64,000 bases of DNA, from assembly GCF_009914755.1 (NCBI RefSeq), contig NC_060936.1, one strand, 5' to 3'. The translations under genes and the position numbers were made by a program. The stretch is from the human T2T-CHM13v2.0 reference genome, Homo sapiens. The stretch's first letter is position 1. Each line of letters opens with the position of its first letter. The notes beneath the pieces were generated by a model. It searched no databases. It was not told where the DNA came from and saw only the letters and a list, made by a program, of their open reading frames with translations. Positions 14,893 to 30,689 of the stretch are shown here, piece by piece.

Positions 14893-15375
14893 GAGAGTTC
14901 TCAACTTTGGAGGTAATTGTAGAGTGCTGGGGAGAGGAGGACCATAAACTTTGATTAGAAAATAGTTTTATTTTTATTTTCACTAACCTCTATTAAAAAT
15001 AACATTTCCTTTCATTATGAATGAAGACAACACTCCACCATCATATTAGCAATAAACGTGACTCTGACTTAGCAGTATCATCTTTGTAAATATCAGATAT
15101 TTTCATACCACATTCCACTTGCTGCAGAGAACTCAAAATATAGTTTGTGTTCATCACTGCATTGAAACTAATAGCCCCCGGTAGATCTTAATAGAGAAGC
15201 ACATATTACTTTATCACAAATCTTGTTTTAAACATTTTGATAACTATTTCAATTTAATTGGTTTCCTTTATAATCCTATGTATTTTATGCATTTAACAAC
15301 AAACTATGTTGAGAAAGAGCCCATAGGCCTCACCAGACTGCCAAAGGGTACGATTACACAAAAAAGTTTAGAACT
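14893..15375. mobile_element. hAT-Charlie-like DNA transposon remnant
   Basis: Terminal motifs agttctcaactttgg and caccagactgccaaagggt...aaaaaagtttagaac; subfamily not determined. Confidence 0.45.
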
Positions 15376-16264
15376 TTTTCCAAAAGCAGAGTTCCAAAAA
15401 AAATTAGTGCAATGGCAGGTTCATTGAGATAAATGTGCCCCCTCTCCCCATTACTACTATGAGGATATTTATGGGGATATAAAATGCTTGGATATTATTT
15501 CACTTTCTAGTCTGTGACCTTGGTCAATTACTTATACTCTGTGACTCAGCCTCTAGCTATATAATGGGTATAAATAGACAACAGTAACTTCCTCATAGGG
15601 TTTTTGTGAAGATTATTTCATTCAAGGTTGTTTAGAACAAAGACAAGCACATGGTAGTGCTCACTAATTAGCAGCTATTATTCATATCACATCTTGTATG
15701 TGAAAACAATTTGTACTTTAGAAATTCCCCCATACCATTATTTATTATTTTTTTGGAAGGCACCAGCCAAATGGCTCCTATCCAGTGAAAATTATGGAGG
15801 GCTGACCAACTGAGAATATTGAATGTGGGTCACCATAGCTTTTCTAAGATGGACAGTTTTTTGAATGGCAGTAATCATATAGGCCAGAGGGTAGGTAAAG
15901 AGAGGGAGCACAGCCCTGGAGTTAAATCCAGGTTTCCTCTGACTCTGAAGTGTATAAATTGTGATTAAAGGTATCTCTTACATCTTTTGTCTCATCTGTA
16001 AAACAAGAATAACTTCCTCTCAGAGCTGTCACAATTAAATGGGATGCAGATTAAAACAGGTGCATAGACACAGGTACATAGAATGAACTATGCAAATATT
16101 AGCAGCCTTCCATTTCTGCCTTCCTGTCTTCACTTCTATTACCAACTCTCTGGACCTTTGTACTTCACTCCACTATTCTTCTGGATTTAGTTAAGGATTC
16201 ATAGTAAATTGCAATTTTAAAAAACCGAAAAACTTCTAATGGACATCCTTCTTCTGCTTTACAG

Positions 16265-16350
16265 AGGGAATTACCCAACTTGGCCATATAAGAGAGGAGC
16301 CACCTGCAGTGCCTGCCCCAATAATGACAAGTGTTTGGACAATCTCTGTG
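16265..16350 (+). CDS. GLIPR1: GLIPR1 exon 4 (Cys-rich hinge)
   Basis: tttacag|A; GNYPTWPYKRGATCSACPNNDKCLDNLC; donor G|gtgagt; 86 nt. Confidence 0.96.
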
Positions 16351-16652
16351 GTGAGTAAAAGGAACAATACACCAATAGAATAACATAATAGTAACATGTA
16401 ACTTTCTACAGAATTAACAATGAAACCATGTTTTATCTTAACGGCTATCTTCAAGGAAACTGGCATCAAGTAGCAATTAAACCAATGGCTTACTGTTCTA
16501 GGAATACATTTAAGAGAAATTTAAATGTGAAAATCACGTTCTTTTTATTTAGTTCTAATTGGTCAAACAACAACAACAAAAAAAACTGTCAGAAACTGTA
16601 GACTAAGATTCCTAAGATTTGCTTATTTCAGCAAGATCAAAAATAAGTATAA

Positions 16653-17065
<413 letters not shown>

Positions 17066-18343
17066 AGCTGCAACATGGCACTTTTTATTAGCCAGACAGC
17101 ATTTAATGAAGAAGTGTAGAAGCTGCAAGCAGTTAAATTTCCAAGGATGTTTTACTAAACATCCAAGCAAAATTCTGCTTTGTGATTTTGAAATATTAGT
17201 AAGTGACCAAGAGTTTATTTCTTGTTCTTGTTCTAGACACAAACCCTTCCATCCCAGTATGTTTTTTACCATGGTGTGAAGGGGAAACTTCAATTAAGCT
17301 GTGCAAAGCCTGTGGTACTTTCGTGTCCATATTTGTAACAAACTGAACTCAGAGCAGCCGGGCTAGAGTAGGGTGCTTAGAATAGAGGAAGGACAGAGTC
17401 GGCCAAGTTCCACTGCACGAAATTTAGTTTGGAAAAAAGTGTTCCATTGCTCATGTTTTATAAGGTCCCTTGCAGGCCTAAAATTATAAAATTCTATATA
17501 TTAAACTGCTTGCTCTCCTCCTTCCCATTTAATGTTGAATACTTATCTTTACATACAGTCGTACTTTTGCAAAGTTTTCTGAGCCATTTTTCTCCCAGTC
17601 CAATCATTCTTTATTTCACTTATATCACTCTTGTGAAGAAAAGTAACATGTAGCCACAATGCAGATAATATCAAGGTATCAATGTATTCACTGAATTCTT
17701 CCTTTCACTCACTCTTCACTTCAGAACGTATATATTTCTTCCTTCCAAATTAACCAGTATACATAAGGGCTAAAACTATGGATTTCAGAACCAGTATGCC
17801 AAGTTTTGGTGCAATTTCCAGTTTGACCACTGTGACTTTGGGCAAGTTTCTGCTTCTATTTTTTTCAACGAAACAACCCAGTGAAAAAAATGTTTCCCTT
17901 TAAAAATCTAGGCAATTAGTAACACTACCACCACCACAATGACAAAAATACTTCTGGTTTTAGCTTTTGATCTTTGGTGATCTAACTTGAGATGCTCTTT
18001 AATCTTGGGGAATAACATTTAGAAGATTAAAGCTGTAGTCCAATAATGAAAACCCTTGGACTCTTGAGAAAACACATGCTAACTTGTATTTATAAGATGT
18101 GAAACTCATTACCCATTTACTTCAGATAAGTGCTCAACATCTTACAGATTGATCTTGTCACCAATTTCCTATTCTCAGAGCTAGATTTATGTAATTTGTT
18201 TTCATGTAAGTTTAGGCTTACTTGAAAGTATTCTACTCTTCGCACTAATACTGAATAAGTAAGATTTGTGACTAAAAAACTTAAGAATCACCATTTGACC
18301 TTTTATAAGGTCTGATGAAGGTAAAGGTTAGAGGATAAAAGCT

Positions 18344-18349
18344 TTTATT
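18344..18349 (-). terminator. Candidate distal KRR1 poly(A) signal AATAAA (others at 18843, 19088, 19102; proximal ATTAAA at 20260-20265)
   Basis: TTTATT/TTTAAT hexamers on the plus strand downstream of the KRR1 stop; usage cannot be shown from sequence alone. Confidence 0.45.
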
Positions 18350-19385
18350 TAACAGATTCCTTCTCAGACAAATTATGGCAAGCACTGGAGCATAAATTCC
18401 TTCGTGGTATTCCTTCGTGGTCTCCTAGATACTGCTGGTAGTTCAATAAATACCCTTGGAGGCCAAATCAGGACTGTTTTACAAAATGTGCTGGGCATAT
18501 TAGTGGTACATAAGATGATTTTAGCTAGTTCACAGATGTACATTTGTTTCAATAGTTGAATATTGAACATTTAAAAATATATATAAAAAAAATAACTAGA
18601 ACATCACACTCTTGATTTCATGGACATAACTGCCAAGAAAAGTGAGGGTAGCATATTTACAGTAATTCACCACAAAGCCCACTCACAGGTATGAAGACCA
18701 GGGATGCTCACCAGTACCCAGAGGACCAGATGATTGATGGGTTCTACCACGAGCATCTAATAGCGACTGCTGCAGAACTGGTGTGGAAAAGGTTTCTATT
18801 TTATAAAAGAAAGTATCCAGAAGGCTAAAGGCAGTTGTGGAATTTATTTCTTCCCAGTGCTCTGATTGTCAAAATTTGAATAAAGCTCAGTGAAAGGAGG
18901 ACAGTAATTAATGACTTGATAGCCAAACATCGTAATGATGATTTAGTGATATACTAGACTGGATGAAAGAGAGGTCACTGTCTTTTCACTATGGATTCAT
19001 CATAAACAGTATCATTCTTCTCAGGAAGAAACTTATTTTTAGAACTATATTTTAATAAATTTCTCACATTCTAATAAATATTTAATTTTTATTTTTTAAA
19101 TTTTATTACCTGCTAGGTATGATGTGTAAAATGATTTTCCATTTATAGTAATGGTATAGTTTCCTTTTTATAAAAGGTTTATAAAGTTTATGTAAAAAGT
19201 CAACTTAAAAATACCAAGTTAATTCAGTCAGTTCAAAAAGTTTTGAATAATTAAACTTGGAAAGTCACTGCAATAAAGCCAAAGCAAGTTAATGGTCATA
19301 ATTATAAGACTTAGCTTTTTAAAATAAAACTCTCAACTGTGTCTACCCTTTTAATTTTTTTTCTTTCTTCCCCCTAACTTTACAG

Positions 19386-19412
19386 TTAACCGACAGCGAG
19401 ACCAAGTCAAAC
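19386..19412 (+). CDS. GLIPR1: GLIPR1 exon 5 (27-nt micro-exon)
   Basis: Long pyrimidine tract, ctaac branch-like motif, tttacag|; (V)NRQRDQVK(R); donor C|gtacgt; links exon 4 to exon 6 in frame. Confidence 0.92.
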
Positions 19413-19515
19413 GTACGTACATCAATCTTAAATTGTTTCATTAAGAGCTATGTGAATTCTGTCAGTGCATTATGAGGAACAATGTCTAAGAGGATATTCT
19501 ATGTTTGTTTCACAG

Positions 19516-19670
19516 GTTACTACTCTGTTGTATATCCAGGCTGGCCCATATATCCACGTAACAGATACACTTCTCTCTTTCTCATTGTTAATTCAGTAAT
19601 TCTAATACTGTCTGTTATAATTACCATTTTGGTACAGCACAAGTACCCTAATTTAGTTCTTTTGGACTAA
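19516..19670 (+). CDS. GLIPR1: GLIPR1 exon 6 coding part (C-terminal hydrophobic/TM segment)
   Basis: ttcacag|GT; YYSVVYPGWPIYPRNRYTSLFLIVNSVILILSVIITILVQHKYPNLVLLD*; total CDS 801 nt. Confidence 0.96.
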
Positions 19671-20500
19671 TACAATTCAGGAAAGAAAAAACCCAAAAAC
19701 CAACCTCATTCACATATGGCTTTTTTTTTAACCAATAACAATTAGGTGTACTTCTATTTTAAAACATTTCAGAAAAAAATATATGTTATAGCAATACTCT
19801 TACTCAAAAGAAGAAATTTCCTAACTCTATCAGATAAACTCATCTTTAGTATAAATAAGCATTATTTGCAGGTTGCCACAGGTGGACTTTTAGTAAGTAA
19901 CCTAACCCATGTTTCAGCTTCTAAATCTGCAAAATGAGCAAGGTACAGTAGCACATTTTTAGGTGATTCTTAGTAACTCCAGTAGCCTTCATTAGTTAAA
20001 AACATTATTATTTTTTGCATGCTGCTTCGACTCTAAATATCTGGTTTTCCCTGTCTTTTTGGTTTACTACTTCCCCAGATTCAGAACAGAGGAGTAACTA
20101 GGGGATCTGATTTTAGAGGCCTTAATTTTCTGTTCATGGACTGTTAAAAGTAAAACCAAACTTTCAAAAGGGATAAACCTAAATATTTACTTGTTATCAT
20201 TAGAGAGGGAACATCAAATGCTGGGACATCATTACTAACCAATAGCATCAGACACTGGATTTAATGGATAATCACAATGGTCGTAATGTATACAAAGACA
20301 TATATACCACTTTCTAGTATAAATTTTTCAAAAAATACAATAATAATATAATTTATAAAGAACACTCTTCTATGAACAACCACCACCACCAAAAAAAAAA
20401 AAAGCCCTCAGAAAATTTCTCACAAATAAGGCAACTAATGCCTGATATCTCAAAATCCTTTACAAAAGGAGATAGTTCTAGTCAAGGAGTTTTGGGTATG

Positions 20501-20677
<177 letters not shown>

Positions 20678-21282
20678 TTAGATTTTACCAAGTAAAACAA
20701 AGAATATATGTTTAACAAAGAATATATGTTTAAGGCAGTTAACTTCAGAGTATTCTTATAATTGAATAATTGAAAGATGATCACAGTATAAAATATAAAA
20801 ACACTTGCCTAAAGCAGTTAGAAATTTCTTCAGATTAAGATAAAACAAATCATAAAATACTTTATATATTAGTACAAGTATACATAAAAATGGCATAAAT
20901 GGCATAATTGAACCAATTACTGGATTCAACTATATTAAGACTATTTCCTTAAATCCTACTTCAGACTAAATTATTTTACCTACATTCTTTTCCATATTTT
21001 GGAACTTCTGAGTCATTATTTTCCACCTTGCACATTAAAATAATTTAAAATTACATGTATCCCTTCTCAATAAGTTTAATCAGCTAACCCTAAGCTAGAG
21101 GTCAAAATCTACTTCCTCTAATATCAAAACGAAAATTTAAAGTTTTCCAAATATTAATTCAATATTAATTGAATATTCAATGAATTCATTTAATGTTAGA
21201 TTAATTCATTGAATATTAATTCGATGAATGACTAATTAATAGTATTTTAACAAGATTTTGGTATATTTAACAACATTTTGGT

Positions 21283-21288
21283 AATAAA
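21283..21288 (+). terminator. First canonical AATAAA after the GLIPR1 stop (others at 22379, 22448, 22512)
   Basis: Manual hexamer scan; only variant hexamers (TATAAA 19850, AGTAAA 20149, ATTAAA 20652) seen earlier. Confidence 0.4.
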
Positions 21289-22375
21289 GACAATAATTTG
21301 AGAGTGTGTGGAAGTCCCCCTAATAGAAGCCAACTATCTAATCAATGCCAAAAGTGTGAACAAAATAGAGAAAGGAAGCAGTGAAAAAGAATGCAACTTT
21401 TTCTTACCATTCAAAGTACAGGATCACAGCATAAAAGAATCATAAGATAAAACATCAAACTACCCAGCAACCTGAGAAGCACAGAGTGTTAAAGCCTCCA
21501 CCGTGTGGAGAAACTAAATTAGGGTAACTAGCTATTGAGTATATTGAGTACCTTCAAAGCACTCAACTGACAGGTTTTACAGACTGGAAATTATAATACT
21601 TATGACATTTCTACCTTTTATATAACCAATAATCTACCATAGAATGTAGTATTTTTAAAGCTATTAACAAGCAATATATTAAAATAATAATGTATTATAT
21701 CTGTTTCTGACCCAGTCTATGTACAATATTGCTGGTGAGCCCTCTCCCTTCAGTGTGTCACTGTTCACTTTGGAGGGTTACTTTAGGAAGAGGATAAGTG
21801 TTACCACAGGGGAAAAAAATGCAGAAGAGGATGCATCAGAAGAAATGGCATGACAATGTTTTCTCTTAGTGTCTTTTAAATACTAGGTTAGTGCGAAAGT
21901 GATTTCTGCCATTTAAAAACCACAATCACTTTCGCACTAATAGCTCCTGAATAAGACCTGTCAGCATCCTTTAGTCTAAGGTGATGAGAAATCCATGTTA
22001 CCGATATAGAAGCCAAACTCTAAGCCAAGATCACATAAAGAGAAGAAAAAGTACAACTTCTGATAATTCCTCTTTGAGAGGCATGACAGCAGAGCTCAGG
22101 GATCTTCTTGCATTTCTACAGAAGATGCACTGGCTGCCCTGGGTTTGTATCTTTCACAACAAAGAGTCTTTTCCAAGCACAGACCAGAGGTCAGGAGAGG
22201 ACTGTCAATCCAGTTTGCACTGAAATAGGCATTAGCTGCCTCTAAATTATAAATTATCTCAGCCATCCCTTGTCCTTAGGATTAGTAATTAATGAAATGC
22301 TAAGAGAACTGATGAAAAGATACAACTGTTTCTTAAAAAGATTCAGACAAATTTATTATGGGTTTACTTTTCCTA

Positions 22376-22504
<129 letters not shown>

Positions 22505-22580
22505 CTACATTAATAAATAAAAAATATATCAGTTAAATGTATTTATAGTTAAATAATTCAAGTATCTATGAACTTTGCTA

Positions 22581-22715
<135 letters not shown>

Positions 22716-24462
22716 TCAGAAATAATGTAGAGGAGAAGTCATGTCCTAAGCAAGTCACAATATCCTTAGGGTAAAAACAATGGGGTCAAACTGATTTATT
22801 AATAAAAATGGTAGTGACATAAAGGAAACAGAGTCTAAGCTGAGGGGAATACATACACAAAAGTGTGGAGGTAGGAAAGCACCTCCATGGAATACAACCC
22901 AGAGTAGTTCAGGGATATGGCATGGAAGGTCACTGATTCAGAAAAGTGTGAGAAGAAACTGGAGAGAGAGTTTTGGGGAAAATTTGAAGAAGCTTCAATG
23001 GCAGACAAAGTAGGAGGGATAAGATTTAGAAATGACTGTAGGTTTCTGAGAAGACTGTAAAGACCAAAGAATAATTTTAATGGAGAGGAATGAAGAATAG
23101 ATGAGAGCCTGGAATAAAGGTAGTGGCATGCAGAATAAAAGCCAGAACTATCAGGAATTGGTGACTAATTAGCAAAAGCAACAGCTTGTTCATTCAATAT
23201 ACAGCCAACATGTAAAATGTGTATAACTGACCTGTCTCCCACTTACATAGCATTATTATATCTAAGGCACTGTTCTAAGCTCTTTATAATTACTCATTTA
23301 ATCCTCACTAACAATTCTTTAAGATAGGTATTACCATTACTCCCACTTTAGGTATGGGGAAACTTAAGTATGGATGGGATAAATAACTCGCCCAGTCACA
23401 TAATGAATTAAGTGTTAAGAACAAGTCAATCGAGACATCACTGTTTCAAGAAGCTTACACAGCTACAGAAGAAAGATAAGTCAATTACTACAAGAAAGGG
23501 CCATAAGAAATAAGGCAGGTGTTATGGAAGCATGGTTTAATGACTGCATCACTCCACTTTCCCCCTAACTACTATCAATTTCCTCCATGATCCAACACTT
23601 CCATTGTTTTTTCACTATGATCATCATTTTCCCCGTCAATCACAAATCTTCCCTGAAAGACTCCAACCATGGTTGTGGAAAAAAGAGATGTAGAAAGCAA
23701 TGAGTTCACATGCTGAGCAGAAGTAGAAAGGGAAGGCTTTAGGATATAGCCAAGGAAGGGAATAATGAAGCAAGAACCCCCAGGAGACAGGTGAAGATGG
23801 AATTCAAAGAACACATAGAAGAGGCTGATGCAGGTGGAAGAAAACCCATACGTGAGAGAAGAGGAAACAGAAAGGGGTTCTTATCTGGTGGTCTCAAATA
23901 TTTCAATAAAATGCAATGTCATATGCTAAACATGGGAGGGCACTGAGAGAATTAAGAGGAAACATGAATTTTGAATGAAATTAATCCAAAGATAAAACTT
24001 TCTCTAACTTAATTTGGTAGCCACGTTGCAAGGAAGAAGTCAAGTTTTTAGACTGATCCAAGTTTTAGAGCTTTGCTGAGAAGGTGGGACAGAAGTAAAA
24101 AGGGGCATGAATCAAAACAATGATGTGCAAGAACAAAATGGAAACTGGTCATGGTGGGAAAGGAAATGAAGCAGAAGACACCTGACAAAAGGAATCATAA
24201 CTTAGAAAAACGGTGGGTGTTACAATTTACAATTTAAGATTTCAGAACAAGAACAATCATAGAGCACACAGTCACAATAATGTTGCCAAATCAGAGAAAA
24301 GAGTATTGCAGACTAAACGAACTTTTATCCATGGAACATTTACAGTGGCTACAGGGTCACAAACCTCCTGGATGCAGTTTATAATCAATGTGAACGCCCC
24401 ACTGCACACCCCCATGCACTCAGCTCAAAATATGCCTATTTATATTTACCCTCAGTTTCTTA

Positions 24463-24768
<306 letters not shown>

Positions 24769-25885
24769 TCATGCAACAAAGTAAAAATTTTTACTTTCCA
24801 AAGTCACACATTTGTCAGACTCAGACATTATAAATATTGCTTCTATAAATAATAAAAGAAACAGTTCCTAGTTTCTTTGGTGAAATTAAACCAATTACAT
24901 AAGCAAAAAGGTAGGTTATCACAAACATGTATAATTATTAGAAAACCATTAGAAATTTAATTACAAAATGCAGAATTGTTAAAATGAGACAAAAATAAAA
25001 CTGAATTTTCAACCATTATTTCATTAAAACATTTAAAATGCCACTTATAAAAGCAGGGAGGGCTCTTAATTAGCTGATGTTCCCTGCAAGCAGGAAGTTT
25101 TCAGTAGCAACTGAAATATCACAGAAAAAGACAAAAGTAAACTTTCTCACGATTACAGAAAACCAGTATTTTCACATTTCCCTATTCCATTTAAATTTCA
25201 GACCATGGAACATCAGAGGATGCAAACCAGGGATCAGACACATAGTTTTGTTTTTGTCTGCAATATCCCAATATCCCAATGTAACTCAAAATCACTTTCC
25301 CCCAATCTAACAGTGACTTTATAACTTAAGTTCATCAAATTTAAGTGGACTGCTCAACAAACCCATCATAAAATAGTTCTATATACCATGGTTACATTTC
25401 CAAGAATAATCAAACTTTGTGCACACAGGGATATAACAGATCTCTCTCAAAGGAGCTACAATTTGAGTGTTAAATTCATAAAAAGGTTTTAATGCAACAT
25501 GAGATGTTCCAGATTTTAATAGAAAAAGGCAGATTTCTGAAAGATCATATCCTTAAATACATGGGTTCATAATCTAAGAAAACTGGATTGATATGATCTA
25601 CAACAGATTCTGTGAAGCTTACTTTCATTGATTACAACTATATAACATATTACAGTATCCCCTTCAGTAGTTTTCACACTGTGCTCCACAGAGAGCTTCT
25701 AAGAAGTACCTACAAAACTGGGGTAGAATTAAGTAGGCTGAAGTCTACCCCTAATTTACCCAAAATAGCTCTGCTTTATCTGTTTGTGCATTAGAATTTC
25801 ATAAAACATTTAATTTCAAGAAAGGTTTCTGTAGCTAAAAGAAGTATGATAATCACTGGTACAGTTATATATAATTACCACTCAC

Positions 25886-25942
25886 TTTAATGTTATAAAT
25901 TGGATGAATATTCTTCATAGTATCAAGGACTACTTTTCTAAC
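25886..25942 (-). CDS. KRR1: KRR1 exon 6
   Basis: tttcag|GTT; VRKVVLDTMKNIHPIYNIK; AAA|gtgagt; 57 nt. Confidence 0.95.
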
Positions 25943-26946
25943 CTGAAATTTGCAAAGAAAAATGAATTAGTCACAAGGATTTTAATGAGCTATGGAGAAG
26001 AGGATTAATACTGCAAAAATCAGGTAATGGGTACCAAATTAAATAATGTAATTAAATAATTAAGTAGTTCCTTCAACTGCTCTGAGTGGCTTCTCCATCT
26101 TTCATAAAGGCAGTCAATCTCCCTTGAATACAATACAGTTTCTCAATTACTGCTAAAATGTAGCACAGAGAACTAATACAACACTCTAAAGCAATGTGAT
26201 TTAGGAGGAAGAGGGCTGGAATACAAGGACTGCCACTGCATACAGGAAAATCACTTTCCTGTTCCAGCTTTCTCATTTGTAATATAAGATAAAACCATAT
26301 ACCTCAAGACTCTCTTGTAAGAATTGTATTCAATATACTTAATTATTGCTCCATGAGAAAAGAGCAGACAATTTATGACAAAAAAGGCCAATAGGATTAC
26401 TATTAAAGGCCCTGGAAAGGAAGCACAACCTCACAAGCCAGATCCAGACAGTAATAGTACCAAAAGGAGTTAACAGAAACAGCATTTGCTCCACAGATTT
26501 CCTCACCACATGTAATTTGAGAAGTTAAAGAAAATGTTCATGAAAAGTTATTAAACATTATACTAAAATTCAAACAAAAGAAACTACATCTTGAAGAAAA
26601 GTTTTCAGAGTGTGACCTCTACTGGCTGTATACACTACTGCAAATAACTGGATTTTTGCTCAATTTTCCCGTCATTTGGACATATGTAACTATACCATGT
26701 TCATACATGCTACAGACTGAAGATCTTAATGCTCATTTAAATTTTATAGTGGGAGGAGTAATAGTGTGCAGACCATCTAATTCAGAAATGGATGTCTCCA
26801 TAGTTGCCAAGGTTGGCCAAAACATTTTAGGGTCCAGATATGATGATTCCCTTGAATTATATGACATAAAAAGTATTTACTAATGGGAAATCAAAGCACA
26901 TTCTAAAGAAATAAAATTATAAAGCATTATCCAATAAACTATATTA

Positions 26947-27105
<159 letters not shown>

Positions 27106-27159
27106 TTAAAATTCATTACTCTGAAAAAGTATTAAGGAAGAGACTCAAGTTTTCCACTA

Positions 27160-27327
<168 letters not shown>

Positions 27328-27417
27328 TTATCAACATTTTTTACAATTACATTCATTTTCCAGGCCCACGCTATTGTTACCTAAGCACAAATATGAAAAC
27401 TTGATGGTGGGATGTTA

Positions 27418-27603
<186 letters not shown>

Positions 27604-28930
27604 CTACAAAAGGAAAGAGCAAACAAGCAGTTGTCTAAAAATGAGTTTTTTTAGATAATTATAAAGCCTCTCCTAACCAACCTATTAATTTCTGTCACCT
27701 CTCAATTCCTATCAATTACTTCCCTGAAGAAGCTAGGTAGTTAAGTATAAATAATGAATACTCAATTACTTTCACACTTTACAGACTATAAGAAACTGGA
27801 GCAATTGAAACCATTTACCCTTGGTTTTAGAATACTTTGTACCCACTGGAATATAGATTGCCTCTAATTTAAAAATTATAAATCAAACAAATGAGGTCAT
27901 ACTTAAAATCTGACTAAGGTAAAAATGTAAAGCTGTACAGCTTCCCTATTCTGGACCCAGCTCCAGTCTACCATCTGCTCCATTGGGTAAGAATTGACTT
28001 TCCCTTTCAAACTTTTTTCGAGCTAATTAGGGGACTAAATACAAAGTAAAAGCAAATTATCATAGTTTCAGAAAAAAGCAATGATTAGAAAACTTAAGCA
28101 TTAACTTTCAACAGGAAAAAACAGATTTCAACAAAGCGAATTAAAATGCTATTTTCTCACTTGTGAGCATAATCTCAAGAATATTTCAACATAGTTAAGT
28201 GCTGAACAATTCAACATATGGTTGAGTCTCTATGAGTTTACAAAAAAAAAATGAGCTCAATCCCAGATGCAGCTACAAAACACAACCTGCAGCTTGCTGA
28301 GCCACCTTCACCCACAATGGCACAACCAACTCCAGAGCAGTCCCACAGTTAGAAACACATTTTATATCACAACCTAATACATATACACACACACACAAAC
28401 AAAGCCAATATCAAAAAAAGATACTTTTACCATGTGATATGTCATTTTCTAAAGGCTCATTATAGCCATTAAATTGACTTCTCAATACACTAATGGGTTT
28501 CAATCCCCAGTTTGAAAAAAAAAATGCAGTTATCTAGGGGCATAGCATCAGCAATAAACAAGGAAAAGTTGGACACATCCACATCTTCCATTTAAGATGA
28601 AAGGTAATCAATTAGAAACATGACTCAGCTCAGACTGGGACAGATACATGACAACTATCATGGCCTGGAGCAGGCATACTGAAATTGGGACTTCACAGGT
28701 GAATTTCAGACAGTTGTGAAGCTCCTAAAATATTAAAGGTATGTAAATTTTTCAAAGTAATTTATTACTCATAAAATTAAAACAAATGAACATTAGGTAA
28801 GAAGAAAACTTACTTAAATAGTTTAGAATACCAAAGGAACCAAAGTAACCAGCTATGTTAGCACCATTAAAAAAAAAAAAAAAGCATTAGCATACATACA
28901 TTTAAAGGCATAAGCAAGAGCAAAGTCTCA

Positions 28931-29214
<284 letters not shown>

Positions 29215-29929
29215 CTTTATGAACATCCTATGCACATATTCACAAACCTTCCAATACTCCTTGCATTTCCTTTTCCCCTGCTTTTTATATTATTCAAGAG
29301 TCAAAGAACGTTCCTCTGTCATTATCATCAATTCTCTGTATTAAAATTATCTGTACACATTTCAGTTGCCTCATATGACAAAGTTCCTTAAGAGCAGAAA
29401 CCCTCTTCACACTAGTTGGCATATGCCAGGCAGATAGTGAGTACTCCAGAAACATGTACTGCACTACACTATCATAAAATTGAAGATTTGAATGCCATTT
29501 TGGTTAGTATTTTAAATACAATTAACCTTTCTGACTTTCCTGGAGTGTATGGAATCTGGATGTATGTGTTTGTGTAAAACTTCTGAAAGAGAATTCTAGT
29601 TTATCTTTCAGTTAATAATCACTGGTAATTCTAGATTTTCCTAAGCATTTTGAGTGCCTTATTTCCATACGCCTTTCATCGTAACTATAAAAGGTAGAAT
29701 CTGTATTATTATTCTCATTTTATAGAAGATGGTCTAAAAAGGTTAAGTGACTTGCCTAAGGGAACACAAAGCTCACTCAGCCTGGGACTCCTTTCACTAC
29801 AAGAAAATGCCTCCTAAGGGCCGTAAATTATCTTCTGAATCATTTATTTAAAAAACTCTTGATCTTGAATTTGAAGAACTCCTTAATTTCAATAGCTATA
29901 CTCTAATTCAGTTATACTCAAAGGTATGA

Positions 29930-30095
29930 TCCATAGACTTGCAGTATCAGCACAAACTGTAAGTCTGTCAGAAATGCAATTATTGGGCCCCACTACAGAC
30001 CTACTGAATGAGAATCTCTTCGACGAGGGACAAGAATCTGTGTTTTACCATGCTCAACAGGAGACTCTTAAGCACGGTAAAGTTTGAAAAACACG
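29930..30095. mobile_element. MER5A-like fragment
   Basis: gtcagaaatgcaattattgggccccactacagacctactgaatgagaatct...aaagtttgaaaaacac. Confidence 0.55.
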
Positions 30096-30273
30096 TCGTT
30101 ACCCTATGTTAGCAGCCTCAGACAGGTAAACTTTCTGCTTATACTCACATCCACGTTGCTATTTCTGGTTCAAATCACAGACAATTGGCTAGTCTTCATA
30201 TAAAGGATTCTCCAATGTCCTTTAAAGAACACGAATTCCACAAAAGTGATTACTTATATACTATACACATTTC

Positions 30274-30568
30274 TTTTTTTTTTTTTTTTTTTAAAGACAG
30301 GGCCTCGCTCTGTCACCCAGGCTGGAGTGCAATGGCTCCATCCCAGCTCACTGCAGCCTGGACCTCCTGGACTCAAGCGATCTATTCTCTTGCCTCAGCC
30401 TCACAAGTAGCTGGTACTACAGGCATGTGCCATCATGTCCGGCTAATTTTTTTTTTTTTTTTGTAGGGAAAGGGTTTTGCCATGTTGACCAGACTGGTCT
30501 CCTGGGCTCAAGCAATCCCCCCTCCTCAGCTTGCCAAAGTGCTGGGATTACAGGTGTGAGTCACTGCA
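30274..30568 (-). mobile_element. AluJ
   Basis: Poly-T, agacagggcctcgc...actgcagcctggacctcctggactcaagcga...gtgagtcactgca. Confidence 0.88.
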
Positions 30569-30689
30569 ACTAGTTACTTACAATGCTTACCTGACGAAGT
30601 CCCTATCCAATTTAAACACTTCAAAGGCTATGGATAATTTTTTTTAAAATCCCCACTACAACCTCAGGAAAAAAACTGACAAAAGAAAT

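Noticed and set aside
16265-16266. Second AG 2 nt into exon 4 that could restore the frame after the 71-nt exon
   Set aside because: GAG acceptors are weak and nothing in the sequence indicates use
20391-20403. A13 tract as a GLIPR1 3' end
   Set aside because: Genomic A run, more likely a source of oligo-dT internal priming
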